A DNA stretch of 55,630 nucleotides from IMG/VR virus record IMGVR_UViG_3300045988_032220; one strand, 5' to 3'. Positions 7,116 through 17,200 of the stretch are shown in pieces (position 1 is the stretch's first letter; each line of letters begins with the position of its first letter). The notes beneath the pieces were generated by a model. That model ran no database searches. It had not been told where the DNA came from and saw nothing but the letters and a program-made list of their open reading frames with translations. The translations under genes were made by a program, and so were the position numbers. The DNA is from a virus.

Positions 7116-8549
7116 TTAACCCAGCGTGACCTTCAGCACTGCGGCGTTGCCATAGGCAACAGCAGGCTCAAAGACCCACACATTGTAGTCCTTGGCGGCA
7201 TAGCCGTTCGCACCCTCAACGGGAACAGCGGACTTGACAAAGGTGCTGGTGACATCTGCGTTCATTGCGGTCTCGTTGATGACCTTGGTCACGCCCTTTG
7301 CGGTCGCAATGCAGGCAATCGCCACACGCTGCGTACCGGCAGGCACGTTGATGGTCAGCGTACCGGCAGCATATGCCTTGCCAGTCTTGCCCAGTGCGCG
7401 GATGGCCGCACTGTCCAGAGCAGGCTTGCTGGTGGCCGCGCCGTAGAACACGTTGCGGAACGGGGTGTAGGCGGCGGTGTCTTTGGTCTTGCTACCTGCC
7501 GCAATGGCAACCGCCGGGCTGGATGCAGCACCGAGATTGTCCTTTGCGGTCACGCCTGCGCCGTGGGTGGCGGTGACGCGGTACTTCAGGCTGGACACGG
7601 CATTGTCGCCGCCTGCATCGCCGATGATGAAGCCAGCGCCGCCGTTGTTGTCAGAGCCAGCGGTCAGGGATGCAGCATCCACGGATGCAACCTGCGTGGT
7701 GGCGGCGTTGGTGATGCGCTCCACTTTGAAGTTGGTCGCTACAACACCGGTCGCCGGGCCGTACTGGTAGGAACCAGCATTCAGCGTTGCCCCGGAGTAG
7801 GCTGCAGCGGCCACCTTGGTGCCCGCCTCAACCGCACCGGCACCGGTCAGGGTAAAGGTTCCGATGGACGGCTGTGCGGTGATGGTGGGCTGCAGGCGCT
7901 TGGAGAAGATTTCGGTCAGGGCATCCATGACGCTCTTGCCCTTGGTCTGGAAAGTCGCCGTGCCGTTCTGGCTCTTAGTCAGGTTGCCGACCTGCGTATA
8001 GCCACCGGCCAGCGTGATGTTGTCCCGCAGGATCACCTTGTCGGCATCCACGCTGCCGGTCATTGCTGCCCATGCGGAACCATCATAGAAGTATGCGGAC
8101 TGCTCATAGGTAGAGCCGTCCACGGTGGTGGTCACGACAAAGACATCGCCCTTCTTGGGCTTTGCGTCCTTGTTCTGGTCGAAGTAGCCGGAGATCACGC
8201 TGTCGTCGGATGCGGACAGGTCAGCTTTGGTCGCGGCGTATACCGTGCCACCCAGACCACCAGAAACAGCTTCCAGCTGTTCCTTGGTGGCATAGCCGGA
8301 AAGGTCAACGGTGGTATCATCCAGCAGGACGACCGCACCTTCGACCTTTGCGTAGATGTCATAGTGCTGCGTCTTGTCATTCATGACCAGATACATCACA
8401 TTGTCCTGCGCTTCATCGACCGTCGGAATGGCTTCGGCCTTGCGGAAAGTGGCATGGCCCGCCTTGGAAATAGACTTGAGCCATTCCTGCTGCAGGCGTG
8501 CAGCGGTGGATTTGAGAGCTTCGAGGGTTACAAACTTGTTGTCTGCCAT
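7116..8549 (-). CDS. Tail-fibre / receptor-binding-like protein (477 aa)
   Basis: Long Ala/Gly/Thr-rich beta protein directly downstream of the collar-type fibre gene. Confidence 0.7.
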   Translation of the reverse strand: MADNKFVTLEALKSTAARLQQEWLKSISKAGHATFRKAEAIPTVDEAQDNVMYLVMNDKTQHYDIYAKVEGAVVLLDDTTVDLSGYATKEQLEAVSGGLGGTVYAATKADLSASDDSVISGYFDQNKDAKPKKGDVFVVTTTVDGSTYEQSAYFYDGSAWAAMTGSVDADKVILRDNITLAGGYTQVGNLTKSQNGTATFQTKGKSVMDALTEIFSKRLQPTITAQPSIGTFTLTGAGAVEAGTKVAAAAYSGATLNAGSYQYGPATGVVATNFKVERITNAATTQVASVDAASLTAGSDNNGGAGFIIGDAGGDNAVSSLKYRVTATHGAGVTAKDNLGAASSPAVAIAAGSKTKDTAAYTPFRNVFYGAATSKPALDSAAIRALGKTGKAYAAGTLTINVPAGTQRVAIACIATAKGVTKVINETAMNADVTSTFVKSAVPVEGANGYAAKDYNVWVFEPAVAYGNAAVLKVTLG

Positions 8550-8578
8550 ATAAGCCTCCTGTTATGCCGGTGATTCGT

Positions 8579-9691
8579 TCAACTTTCTGCGGGGAAGATT
8601 TCGTCCAGCATCTTATCCGTGTCCGCCGCAGATACGACTTCCTCCGGGGTGATGCCGCTGGTCGATACGGTGACTGTTCCGTCTGCCGTCACGGAAATAC
8701 CGGAACCAATCTTCACGCCGCCGAGCCGGGTCGCCGTTGCAACGGGCAGCACATAGGCGGAACCGCCGCCCGTTGTGCCTCCCGGTGCAAACAGCGCCAC
8801 CGTGGCGGACATATCCTCCGTCGGGATGTTCCTTGCCCAAAAGCGCAGGACACCGGCGAGAGCCTGCACCGTCGGACAAAGCCCGGCACGCTTTGCGACC
8901 TCAAGGGCCGCTTTATGTAAGGCAACACTGGGGAACATATCCTCCGTTACGCCGTCAACTGTGACATTGACAACGCACCGGAAGTCATCCATCCCCAGCA
9001 TTTCCTCGTCATCAGATTCCCGCTGCCAGTTCCAACCGTCTGCGGGGATCGTGATGTCCTTGATGATGGCAGCCCCGCCAGAGCTGCCCTGCTCCTGAAT
9101 AAGAGCTTTGACCTGTTCTTCGCTTACAACGTCCCCAGATTCCTTGAGGGATTCCATGGCGTTGCCGACGGCGGCGGTGATGGCCTCGGTATGGGCGGAA
9201 GCGTCTTTGTTGTGCTTCTCGACCTCTGCCCTGACCATCTTTGCGAGAGCCTGCATCTGCGGGTCTACGGTGATGCTGATATTGGCCTTGTTCGACACAG
9301 CAAGCAGCGCCGACAACTCAATTTCAAAATCACCGTTCACTTTTGTAGACGGAACTTCCACGCCGCGCTCATCCTGCATAATGAACAGGAGTGTTTCGGC
9401 ATCGTCGTTCAGTCTGCCGTAAACGCCCACCTGATGCATGATGTAGGTTTCATCTGCACCGGTGATCTGGATTTTTACCCGCCGGGCAGTTTCGCCGTTG
9501 CTTTCAACAGTTTCGATGTCCAGCAATTTCAGGTCATGTGTTTCGCCGCTTACCCCGGTTTCCTCCGAAAGGTCTGCGTCTGCCGTGCCGGTGCCGCTCA
9601 CAGCGCGGGTGATTACCAGCGCACCACCGGAGAGAGATTCCGACAGCAGGGCGGCACCGGCGGCGGTGTAGTTAGATTTTTCCCAACTCAC
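8579..9691 (-). CDS. Tail fibre protein with P2 gpH-like N-terminal collar domain (370 aa)
   Basis: N-terminus NYTAAGAALLSESLSGGALVITRAVSGTG...HQVGVYGRLNDDAETLLFIM resembles the tail-collar fibre N-domain. Follows the gpI-like gene. Confidence 0.8.
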   Translation of the reverse strand: MSWEKSNYTAAGAALLSESLSGGALVITRAVSGTGTADADLSEETGVSGETHDLKLLDIETVESNGETARRVKIQITGADETYIMHQVGVYGRLNDDAETLLFIMQDERGVEVPSTKVNGDFEIELSALLAVSNKANISITVDPQMQALAKMVRAEVEKHNKDASAHTEAITAAVGNAMESLKESGDVVSEEQVKALIQEQGSSGGAAIIKDITIPADGWNWQRESDDEEMLGMDDFRCVVNVTVDGVTEDMFPSVALHKAALEVAKRAGLCPTVQALAGVLRFWARNIPTEDMSATVALFAPGGTTGGGSAYVLPVATATRLGGVKIGSGISVTADGTVTVSTSGITPEEVVSAADTDKMLDEIFPAES

Positions 9692-10464
9692 GTTGTCTGT
9701 CCTCCAATAACAATGTTTATCGCCGTGTGCGACCGCTCAACAGTGCCCGCCGTAAAGGCTCGTGCTTTCACTGCCTTTGCTTCAACGGCACCGGGCAGCG
9801 CCACGGCAACCTGCATTTTCGATCTTCCGACCGCACCGGCAACATACGCCTTTGCGCCAACTTCCCGCGGCTTGATCCTACCGGGGACCTTTACGGTGCA
9901 GGATGTCGCCATGCCGCAGGGGACGGCGGCGATGTAGGCGGGCGATCTTTCATGCGGTTCGATGGTGTAGATGATGTGCTCAAGGTGAGCAGTGCAGCGT
10001 TTTGTGTAGCCCAGCAGCTTTTCCATTTCTGCTGCGGTGTGATATGTTTCCTGATCGTCGGTGATGTCAACATACAGTTTCCAGAATCCCGGTGTCCCCC
10101 CATACGAGAACCATTCCTCAATTCTGGCTTTTTTGTAAATTGTCTCCACCTGTTCACGAACAGCCTTTACCGTTCCTGCATAACGCTGGATTTCAATTGC
10201 GGTTCTTACGAGCTTACGCTTCGTCTCAATATCGGCGGCAGAATCGTACCATTCGATTTTGAGATAGATTGCCATTTGATCCAGCATTCCCTCGCTACAG
10301 TTATCCACATCCGAGAACGTCATGCCCGTTGCCAGATATTCCAGCATCCGGCCTTGAAGTTCCCCGTATACTGCAGACAGCACCTTTGCCCACGGCTGTT
10401 CAGCAACGACCCGCGGCAGTCCATCTGCAATTCTCGCGTCCTGCAGCTTAATCATCCTCGACAC
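9688..10464 (-). CDS. Baseplate/tail protein, P2 gpI-like (XkdU-like)
   Basis: 258 aa immediately after the baseplate J gene. Motif pattern QMAIYLKIEWYD...KRKLVRTAIEIQRYAGT. Confidence 0.7.
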   Translation of the reverse strand: MSRMIKLQDARIADGLPRVVAEQPWAKVLSAVYGELQGRMLEYLATGMTFSDVDNCSEGMLDQMAIYLKIEWYDSAADIETKRKLVRTAIEIQRYAGTVKAVREQVETIYKKARIEEWFSYGGTPGFWKLYVDITDDQETYHTAAEMEKLLGYTKRCTAHLEHIIYTIEPHERSPAYIAAVPCGMATSCTVKVPGRIKPREVGAKAYVAGAVGRSKMQVAVALPGAVEAKAVKARAFTAGTVERSHTAINIVIGGQTT

Positions 10465-11629
10465 CTCCGTAGATGATCGTCGGGGTTCCGCTCAGTTTTG
10501 GGATTTGCACTGTTGCTTTTTCCAAGTCCGAACCGCCTTCGACTACCATGTAAACCGGTTGTCTAAGCTCTACTCGTTTTACGCCAGCGACACGCAAGCG
10601 ATAAATCAATTCCATCGGGCTAATGTCTCTCCCGATGGAGCGCTGCCACTGCTGAAATTCCTCAACAGCTTTTGTAACGTTTTCCTGAACAATACTTGCG
10701 CCCTTCGCGTTGCCCGCTCCGATATAATAGGTAAAGTCAATTCCGTACTCCACTTCTTCCGGGGCCTTACAGATCACCTGATCTGTCATGGGGCGTCGAG
10801 CTTCGTTCATCAGATATGCTTGCATTTCGCTCATATCCTTTTCACTCGGCATCCTTCCGCCCGTCAGCATGAAAAAGATATACACTGTGCAAGGCTGGCT
10901 CCGTGGACTGACTGCAATTGCATTTTCCACATCAGAGCGGAAGCTCATTGCCCAATACTCGTAGGCGTCTCGCGGCCCTGCGCAACTATACGTTGTCGGT
11001 GACAGCCAAATCCGCCGGGTCAAGCTATCGTCGCTTTCCGCGTCTGCGCCGCCGCTGGATGTATCCACATTCTCCACTGCCGCAACATAAGGAATGGCGT
11101 CTACCAGCGTATCGACAACGCCGATTGGAACGTCGTTTCCGCTGGCTCCTACCACCTCGGCTTGCGCCAACACATCAACATAGGTCTCGCCAATGGCAAT
11201 CTGTGCATAGGCCGCTGTGGCAAAATAAATACCCGCGGCAGTTCTGACGCGGGTTCCCTGTGGAATCATTACAACTGTTTTTTGTTCAGCCGAAAGATTA
11301 AATCGGATTGTCACCGTTGCATAGGTTGCTTCATTCCGCTTCACGCCGAACGGAAGCCCCATATTATCCAGCGCTGCACCCGTTGCTGTTTTCAGCAAGG
11401 CGCAGCGGGTTCTTTTTTCTGCAACCTGCAGCACCATGTAATACAGCTCAGAAATACTTTTCAGCGTAAGAGTGATTGGGTCAGCACTGTGCAACGGCGG
11501 GGTTGTTCCGTTTACCGCTTTGTAATTTCGGGTGTAAATTTCTGTCACCAGATTATTTACATCCTCAAGCGTCATATTATCTGTGACGCTATACTCCGGG
11601 ATTTCGGCAAATTCAGCGATATTAGACAA
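10448..11629 (-). CDS. Baseplate J-like protein
   Basis: 393 aa at the canonical position between the gp25/W-like and gpI-like genes. Confidence 0.85.
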   Translation of the reverse strand: MSNIAEFAEIPEYSVTDNMTLEDVNNLVTEIYTRNYKAVNGTTPPLHSADPITLTLKSISELYYMVLQVAEKRTRCALLKTATGAALDNMGLPFGVKRNEATYATVTIRFNLSAEQKTVVMIPQGTRVRTAAGIYFATAAYAQIAIGETYVDVLAQAEVVGASGNDVPIGVVDTLVDAIPYVAAVENVDTSSGGADAESDDSLTRRIWLSPTTYSCAGPRDAYEYWAMSFRSDVENAIAVSPRSQPCTVYIFFMLTGGRMPSEKDMSEMQAYLMNEARRPMTDQVICKAPEEVEYGIDFTYYIGAGNAKGASIVQENVTKAVEEFQQWQRSIGRDISPMELIYRLRVAGVKRVELRQPVYMVVEGGSDLEKATVQIPKLSGTPTIIYGGVEDD

Positions 11630-11948
11630 TGTTTATCACCACCTTCGGTCGAATGTTCCCCTGCTGGCTTCGGCTGGTTTCATAGCTTACTTCCAGCACT
11701 TGTGCCCTCGGTTCGTACTTCTTTGTTTTTCGGATGATCTCTGCCGTGAGCTTCGCTTCGGCAGCTTCGGCTGGCAGGCTCAAGCAGTCCATGTTCAGGC
11801 CAAACTCCCGGTCAAGTGCCTGTTCACCTTCTCGGCTCCCATAAAGCGTCTTGAGACAGTTATATACATCCCGTTCTTCTGTGCTTTCGGACGGATTGAT
11901 CTCTACATCAATATCGCCCAGTATCAGCTTTTCCAGCTCACCGCTCAT
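11622..11948 (-). CDS. Baseplate wedge protein, gp25/GpW-like
   Basis: Start ATG at 11948 overlaps the upstream stop (ACATGA) and follows AAGGAG. About 108 aa, at the position before baseplate J. Confidence 0.7.
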   Translation of the reverse strand: MSGELEKLILGDIDVEINPSESTEERDVYNCLKTLYGSREGEQALDREFGLNMDCLSLPAEAAEAKLTAEIIRKTKKYEPRAQVLEVSYETSRSQQGNIRPKVVINIV

Positions 11949-12346
11949 GTGTACTCCTTTAGCGTCAAGGTCAGCTTTCCGCTTGTCAGTCCCCAGAACC
12001 GATGTACCGCGCCCCATTCATCCGCTACTTTTTCAAGCATAAACGGATTTTGAGAAACCGGCCTGTTGTTGATGATGAAGTAGTCTACTGCTCCGGCTTC
12101 GCACAAATCCATTAGGGCGTCAAAGACCTTTCGCGGATTTACTCCCAGCCTTGAACTAAGCGTAATGTTGAACTGATACTCTCGCAGGCCGGGACTTACA
12201 TATTCGCTTTTATCTTTTCCGCCGATCACGCTGTGCGTCGCCCAGTTGCTCGACGTACTTCCACTGATGTTGTCCGGCGTAAGAACTCGCCAACTTGATA
12301 CTGTAAACACCAGTCCAGCAAAGCTACCGATGCTGCCCCATGCCAT
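11945..12346 (-). CDS. P2 GpU-like tail protein
   Basis: Pattern matches P2 gpU: hydrophobic N-terminus, W...LxGxL-type core and a C-terminal L-T-L-x-L-K-E-Y type ending. RBS GAGGGGG lies 8 nt before the ATG at 12346. Confidence 0.6.
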   Translation of the reverse strand: MAWGSIGSFAGLVFTVSSWRVLTPDNISGSTSSNWATHSVIGGKDKSEYVSPGLREYQFNITLSSRLGVNPRKVFDALMDLCEAGAVDYFIINNRPVSQNPFMLEKVADEWGAVHRFWGLTSGKLTLTLKEYT

Positions 12347-12359
12347 AAAGAACACCCCC

Positions 12360-12977
12360 TCACTTTACCGGGACGCCGGTATTCCCCGAAACAGTATACG
12401 GGCCAGCTTTTGCCGACCCGTCATGTTCGTGCTTGTGATTCACAAGGCTTACGCCATTGATTTTGCAGTCGCCAGAGCCGCCCGAAATATTCACCGTTGC
12501 TCCTGTGATTTTCACCGTCGTTCCGGTAATTTCAATCGTTCCGCTCTGGCAAACCTTGACGGTCGAAGCCCCGACCTTGAAGGTCACGTCCCCACCAACA
12601 GTGAAGTCCAGATTTTTACCGATGGTCTCTTTTGCATTCCCGTCGATTTTTTCTTCATAGTCTCCGCTATCTCCATCGTATTGTTCAAAGGCTTTGCCCT
12701 TCTTATCGTTGTAGTCATACCGGTAACGTTGTTTCTTTCCACCGACCGGCTTGTTATCCTCATTCCAGAACGTTCCGATGCACGTTCCCATTTCCTGACT
12801 ATCGGAATTGTGGAGAACGCAAACCATAGCACCGACAACCGGCATCCGGTACAGCGCATTTGAAACCACACAGATTTCATCGGTCACAGAACCGTCCCGA
12901 TCTTCATATGCAACTTCAATTGTGCCATCCTCGTAATTCACTTTGGACACTGTGCCAATGCGAATGACGCTGCTCAT
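12360..12977 (-). CDS. Baseplate central spike, gpV/gp45-like
   Basis: N-terminus IRIGTVSKVNYEDGTIEVAYEDRDG. C-terminal beta-helix repeats VKVCQSGTIEITGTTVKITGATVNISG and an HKHEH metal-binding-like tip. Confidence 0.8.
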   Translation of the reverse strand: MSSVIRIGTVSKVNYEDGTIEVAYEDRDGSVTDEICVVSNALYRMPVVGAMVCVLHNSDSQEMGTCIGTFWNEDNKPVGGKKQRYRYDYNDKKGKAFEQYDGDSGDYEEKIDGNAKETIGKNLDFTVGGDVTFKVGASTVKVCQSGTIEITGTTVKITGATVNISGGSGDCKINGVSLVNHKHEHDGSAKAGPYTVSGNTGVPVK

Positions 12978-12981
12978 CGTG

Positions 12982-13980
12982 TCACCCTCCCACTCTGCTT
13001 GCTGAGACCTTCGTCACAAAACCGCCGGATTTATTCATGGTGTGCCCTACACTGTCCATGTAATATTTTCCGTCGATTTTCCCATATCCTTCCACGTCAA
13101 TACACTGCGTCGCGCAATATGTCAGGTTTCCCATAGTCGTAAAGGAAATGGTTGTAGCCGAATGGTTTTTGTTGTCGATAGCCGCCTGCAGCTGCCGTTT
13201 TGCGTCCGCTTCACTTGATGCATACTGGTTTAGCTTCAACATCCGGTCTGCCGTTCCGATTGTCACCTTGATATTCACTTTTTTCTTTTGGTTGGAATAA
13301 GTGAACTCGCCTCCGGTGTATGTTCCTGCCAGCGTTGTGTTCCAGCTCAACGAGCCGGGCACAATGTCAATCGGTTTTACCGTTGCTACCGAATCCTTTT
13401 TCTTGTACTTTTCACGGTCAAAAATCCAGATTTTGTTCCGGTATGTTTTGAGGATCAGCCCGTATGTGCTGCAAATTTTCTGCAAGAAAGAGCTGTCATT
13501 ATCGTCCTGTTCTTTCAGAGCGACGCTGACATCCTCTGCATCCATCTTGCATTCCAAGCCGTACCGCCCAGCAATGGTTTCTGCAATGCGTTTGATGCTC
13601 GTGTTCTTCCAAACCTGCTCTCTGTTTTTTTCATGAAAGCTCGTCCCGTTTGGCCGGGCGACCGCTCCAATCGTCAAAACATCCGGGCAGGCCGAAAAGC
13701 TCAGATCATCAACTACCAGCGTTCCACAATCCAAAACGGTTCTATCCCCCTGCACGATCCAGTTTGTCGTGCAGAGGGTCGGGTGCAGCACAGCTTCCTT
13801 GTCTGGCATCCACGAATCGATCCACTTGTGATCCATCGCGTTTACCTTAATAGAAAGGCTGTCACTCGAATCCGAACCGCTATCGGTGTATGTGAAGTTT
13901 TCCACATCTTTGCGGATGTCGCTTGAAATGTCCTTTCCGTCATATTCAAGCGTCAGGAACGCTTGACGTGGCGTAATCAT
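12982..13980 (-). CDS. P2 gpD-like tail protein (late control D family)
   Basis: 332 aa with a gpD-like N-terminus (FLTLEYDGKDISSDI). Lies after the LysM gpX-like gene. Confidence 0.8.
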   Translation of the reverse strand: MITPRQAFLTLEYDGKDISSDIRKDVENFTYTDSGSDSSDSLSIKVNAMDHKWIDSWMPDKEAVLHPTLCTTNWIVQGDRTVLDCGTLVVDDLSFSACPDVLTIGAVARPNGTSFHEKNREQVWKNTSIKRIAETIAGRYGLECKMDAEDVSVALKEQDDNDSSFLQKICSTYGLILKTYRNKIWIFDREKYKKKDSVATVKPIDIVPGSLSWNTTLAGTYTGGEFTYSNQKKKVNIKVTIGTADRMLKLNQYASSEADAKRQLQAAIDNKNHSATTISFTTMGNLTYCATQCIDVEGYGKIDGKYYMDSVGHTMNKSGGFVTKVSASRVGG

Positions 13981-13990
13981 CCCTCACACC

Positions 13991-14194
13991 TCACCTTTTC
14001 CAAGGCGGCAGACTTTCGTCTGTTTTTGCCTTAACTTCCACTTCCGGCGTGGCAAGCACCACCCCGGAATCAAACTTGTACACCTCGATATACTCCCGGT
14101 TGGCAGTCATCAGCACATCGGCTTTCAACTCCTCACCGTAGACAGTTTTTGCAATACCATCCCAAGTGTCACCGCTCTTTGTCGTGTAAGACAT
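13991..14194 (-). CDS. Tail protein X (LysM-like)
   Basis: 67 aa with YTTKSGDTWDGIAKTVYG (LysM-like). Directly after the tape measure gene, as in P2 X / PBSX XkdP. Confidence 0.75.
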   Translation of the reverse strand: MSYTTKSGDTWDGIAKTVYGEELKADVLMTANREYIEVYKFDSGVVLATPEVEVKAKTDESLPPWKR

Positions 14195-14206
14195 CAGGCC
14201 ACCTCC

Positions 14207-17200
14207 TTATGCATACCGGGTTCGATTGTTTTCTCGGTTGTATTTGTCCATAAAGGCTTTGAACTTTTCGTACTCGTCCTCCATAATCGAAGCAATCTGC
14301 TGGCGGTCTGCATCACCAGTGATTGTGATGTTCGGAGCAAATACAAACTGCGGAGAGCTTCCGCCGCTGCCGCCGGGTACAGGTGTATTCTGATATGCGC
14401 TCACCGGGATTTCGGACAGCGTGCGCCCGGTATCCCTCGGCGGCAGCACATAAAGCGGCGTTCCTGTGTCTGTAAGGACACCGTCCTGCCAGCTTGAAAG
14501 CACCGTGCCGCCGTTGTAGTTTTTGGCTGCTTCGGTCAGTGCAGTGGTTACAGGGCTGTCACTTCCGAGGTACTTGTTCAGCAGAAGCGGAGCAACATCA
14601 GCTGCAAGGCTGGTCGCCGCCAGTGCAAGCGAAGCGTCACCAGACATTGAGTTGTTGGCGACCGTCCATAGCATCGACAAAGCGTCGCCGGTGGTTCGGA
14701 TGCCATTGGAACGCAGTGCGTACTTACCGTATGCTTTGGAGAAATCAATCAGGTTGTCCAGTTTTTCCTTGCTTCCGTCGGTGAAACCGCCGTTTGCAAA
14801 ACACCGTACACCCGCCGCACGAGTTGCATCCTCGCCAGACACTCCCAGCATCCGGCCTGCACGCACCCAGTTTTCGACGTTGCTATCGTGAACACTAGGC
14901 TTGAAGCTGATAACCGCCTCTGTTCCAGCTTCGCCTGCAATGCTGACACCGTGAGTAAAACCGCCGTTCGCAAAGGCAGGCATTGCAACTTCTTTCAGGT
15001 TGAAGCCGAATTGTTTTCCACCGAGGGCGGGCACCCAATCAGGCACCGTAAAAGACAATTTGTTCAACGTGCCGATGATTGCATTCGCAACCGTAATCGT
15101 CACCGATACAATGCCCTTTATCAACCCGACGATGCCCTGAATAACCGGTTCAATCACCGGCAGTAGTCCGTGGATCACATCGACGACGAGCTTGATTGCG
15201 TTTATCAGGGTTGTGCCAACCAGACTGATAATCATGCTTATCAGCGGCGACACTGCGGGGAACAATTCGTTTACAGCGAAGCTCATAATATCAGCCAGCA
15301 GCGGCTTAATATGATTCACTCCGAGGTCTACGATCTGTCCAATCAGCCCTTTCACCGATTCGATAATCGGTATCACTGCCCCGAAGGTGGTTCCCAAGTC
15401 GTCGATACCGAAAATACTCTTTCCGCTCAAGCTCTGCTGGATGTTTTGCAGGTTTTCCAAAGAGAATGCATTGCTCACCGAATCTCGGACGTTGCCTGCA
15501 ATATCGTGGATTTTACTCGTAAATCCATCAAACATTGCCAGTCCCTTTTCGCCGAACACGTTCCCGACGATCTGGCGGATGTCCTCAAAGTGATCTCCCA
15601 GCAGACTGACCACTGCGATGATTCCACCGATTCCGGTAATCACCGGGCCGAAGGTGCCGAGCAATCCCATAAATGCACCGCCCAATTTACCGGCTATCGG
15701 GCCTACCGCCGTGTTGGCTAGGCTCAGTCCAGAACCAAGGAACTTGAATGTGTCCCCTGTTCCTTTCGCAATTCCCCCGCCAACGTTTAAGGCAAATTGT
15801 CCAGCTTTAGTAGATGCTGCGCGGCCTGCCAGATTTTTTACGCCGCCAATTGCCGTTCCTGCAATGTTTTTTGCTCCGCCCAGCAATCCTTGTCCAAAGC
15901 CCATAGCCTTTTGGCCCATGTTCCCTACAAAGCCGCCAAGTTGTGTACCGGCAACTTTTTGGCCGATCCACTTTCCAATGCCGACCGTGTTCTGAATAAA
16001 GTCTGTCCCCGCCAGATTTTTTGCAGACCTTGCAACTCTGGCTCCGTATTGCCCTATCGAACTGCCTTTCAACAGTCCGATTATTCCGCCGGAAGCTTGT
16101 GCTTGCTGAATGCTGCCAAACAGCGCACTCGTTGCCTTTGCCATCCCAGCAGGCGTCTTTGCCCCAAACAGCTTTTTGCTGTTCTGCATTCCAAGGACGC
16201 TACCAAGGATGGTGTTCTGCACTCTCTGCCCGAAGCTAGGATTGCTGCCCGCCGGAACAGCGCTGTTTGCCAGCTGTGTTCCAAGTTTTGCAGCCTGCCA
16301 CAGATTGCCAGCTTTTCCTGCACCAGACACGCCCTTCTGTACAAGCCCCACAGGGCTTTCCGCCCCGCTTGCAAACTTCGTCGCGCTGGATACCACCTGC
16401 AGGATTTGCGGTGCAAACCGCATTCCTGCCCATGCCGTGCCGATACCCGCGATGGTCGTAGCCACCTTATCGCCATTATTCAGCAGATACTCGATTACCT
16501 GCCTTACATGTTCTGCAATATCCGGCAGAGCGGCGCGGAGGTCATTCAGCTTTTCGATGCCAAACCCGGCTACATCTTTCAGCACCGGAAGGAAATTGTT
16601 TCCAACTTCAATGCGGACGGCCCGCCATGCGCTCCCAAGCATCGTCAGTACGGATTCAGAGGTTTCGCATTTCAGCATAAACTCCTTATACATACTGCCG
16701 TTATATTTGGAAGCATCACCTACATCGTCCAGTGTTTTTACAAACAAGCCAAGATTTCCAGTCAGTTTTGCGCCGCTCTCAATGGCCCACTGACCAAGCA
16801 ACGTTTTCAGGTATCCCACTTGTTTGTCTTTCGGCTGAGTACCGATAGCAGTAAACAAACTTTTCAACGCCGCCGGGGCGTCCTTTTGCATATCCTTCGC
16901 AAACTGTTCTGCAGTAAATCCCAACTGTTCAAAAGCTGCAGACTGCGCATCTGTAGCTTTTGAACCCATAGAAAGGTTCGTATACATCCGGCGGATGGAT
17001 GTTGCCACTTTGCCAGAATCAACGCCCATTGCCAGCAGTGCCGTAGAAAGCGCTGCCGTGCTCTGAACATCCATGCCAGCGATTTGACCCAGAGAGCCGG
17101 TGTCGTTTACGGTCTGGGCAATTTCAGCGGCGGTCGTTGCGTAGTGGGCACCCAGATAGTTGATCTGGTCTGCCAGCTCCATGACCTGATCGTGGTTCAC

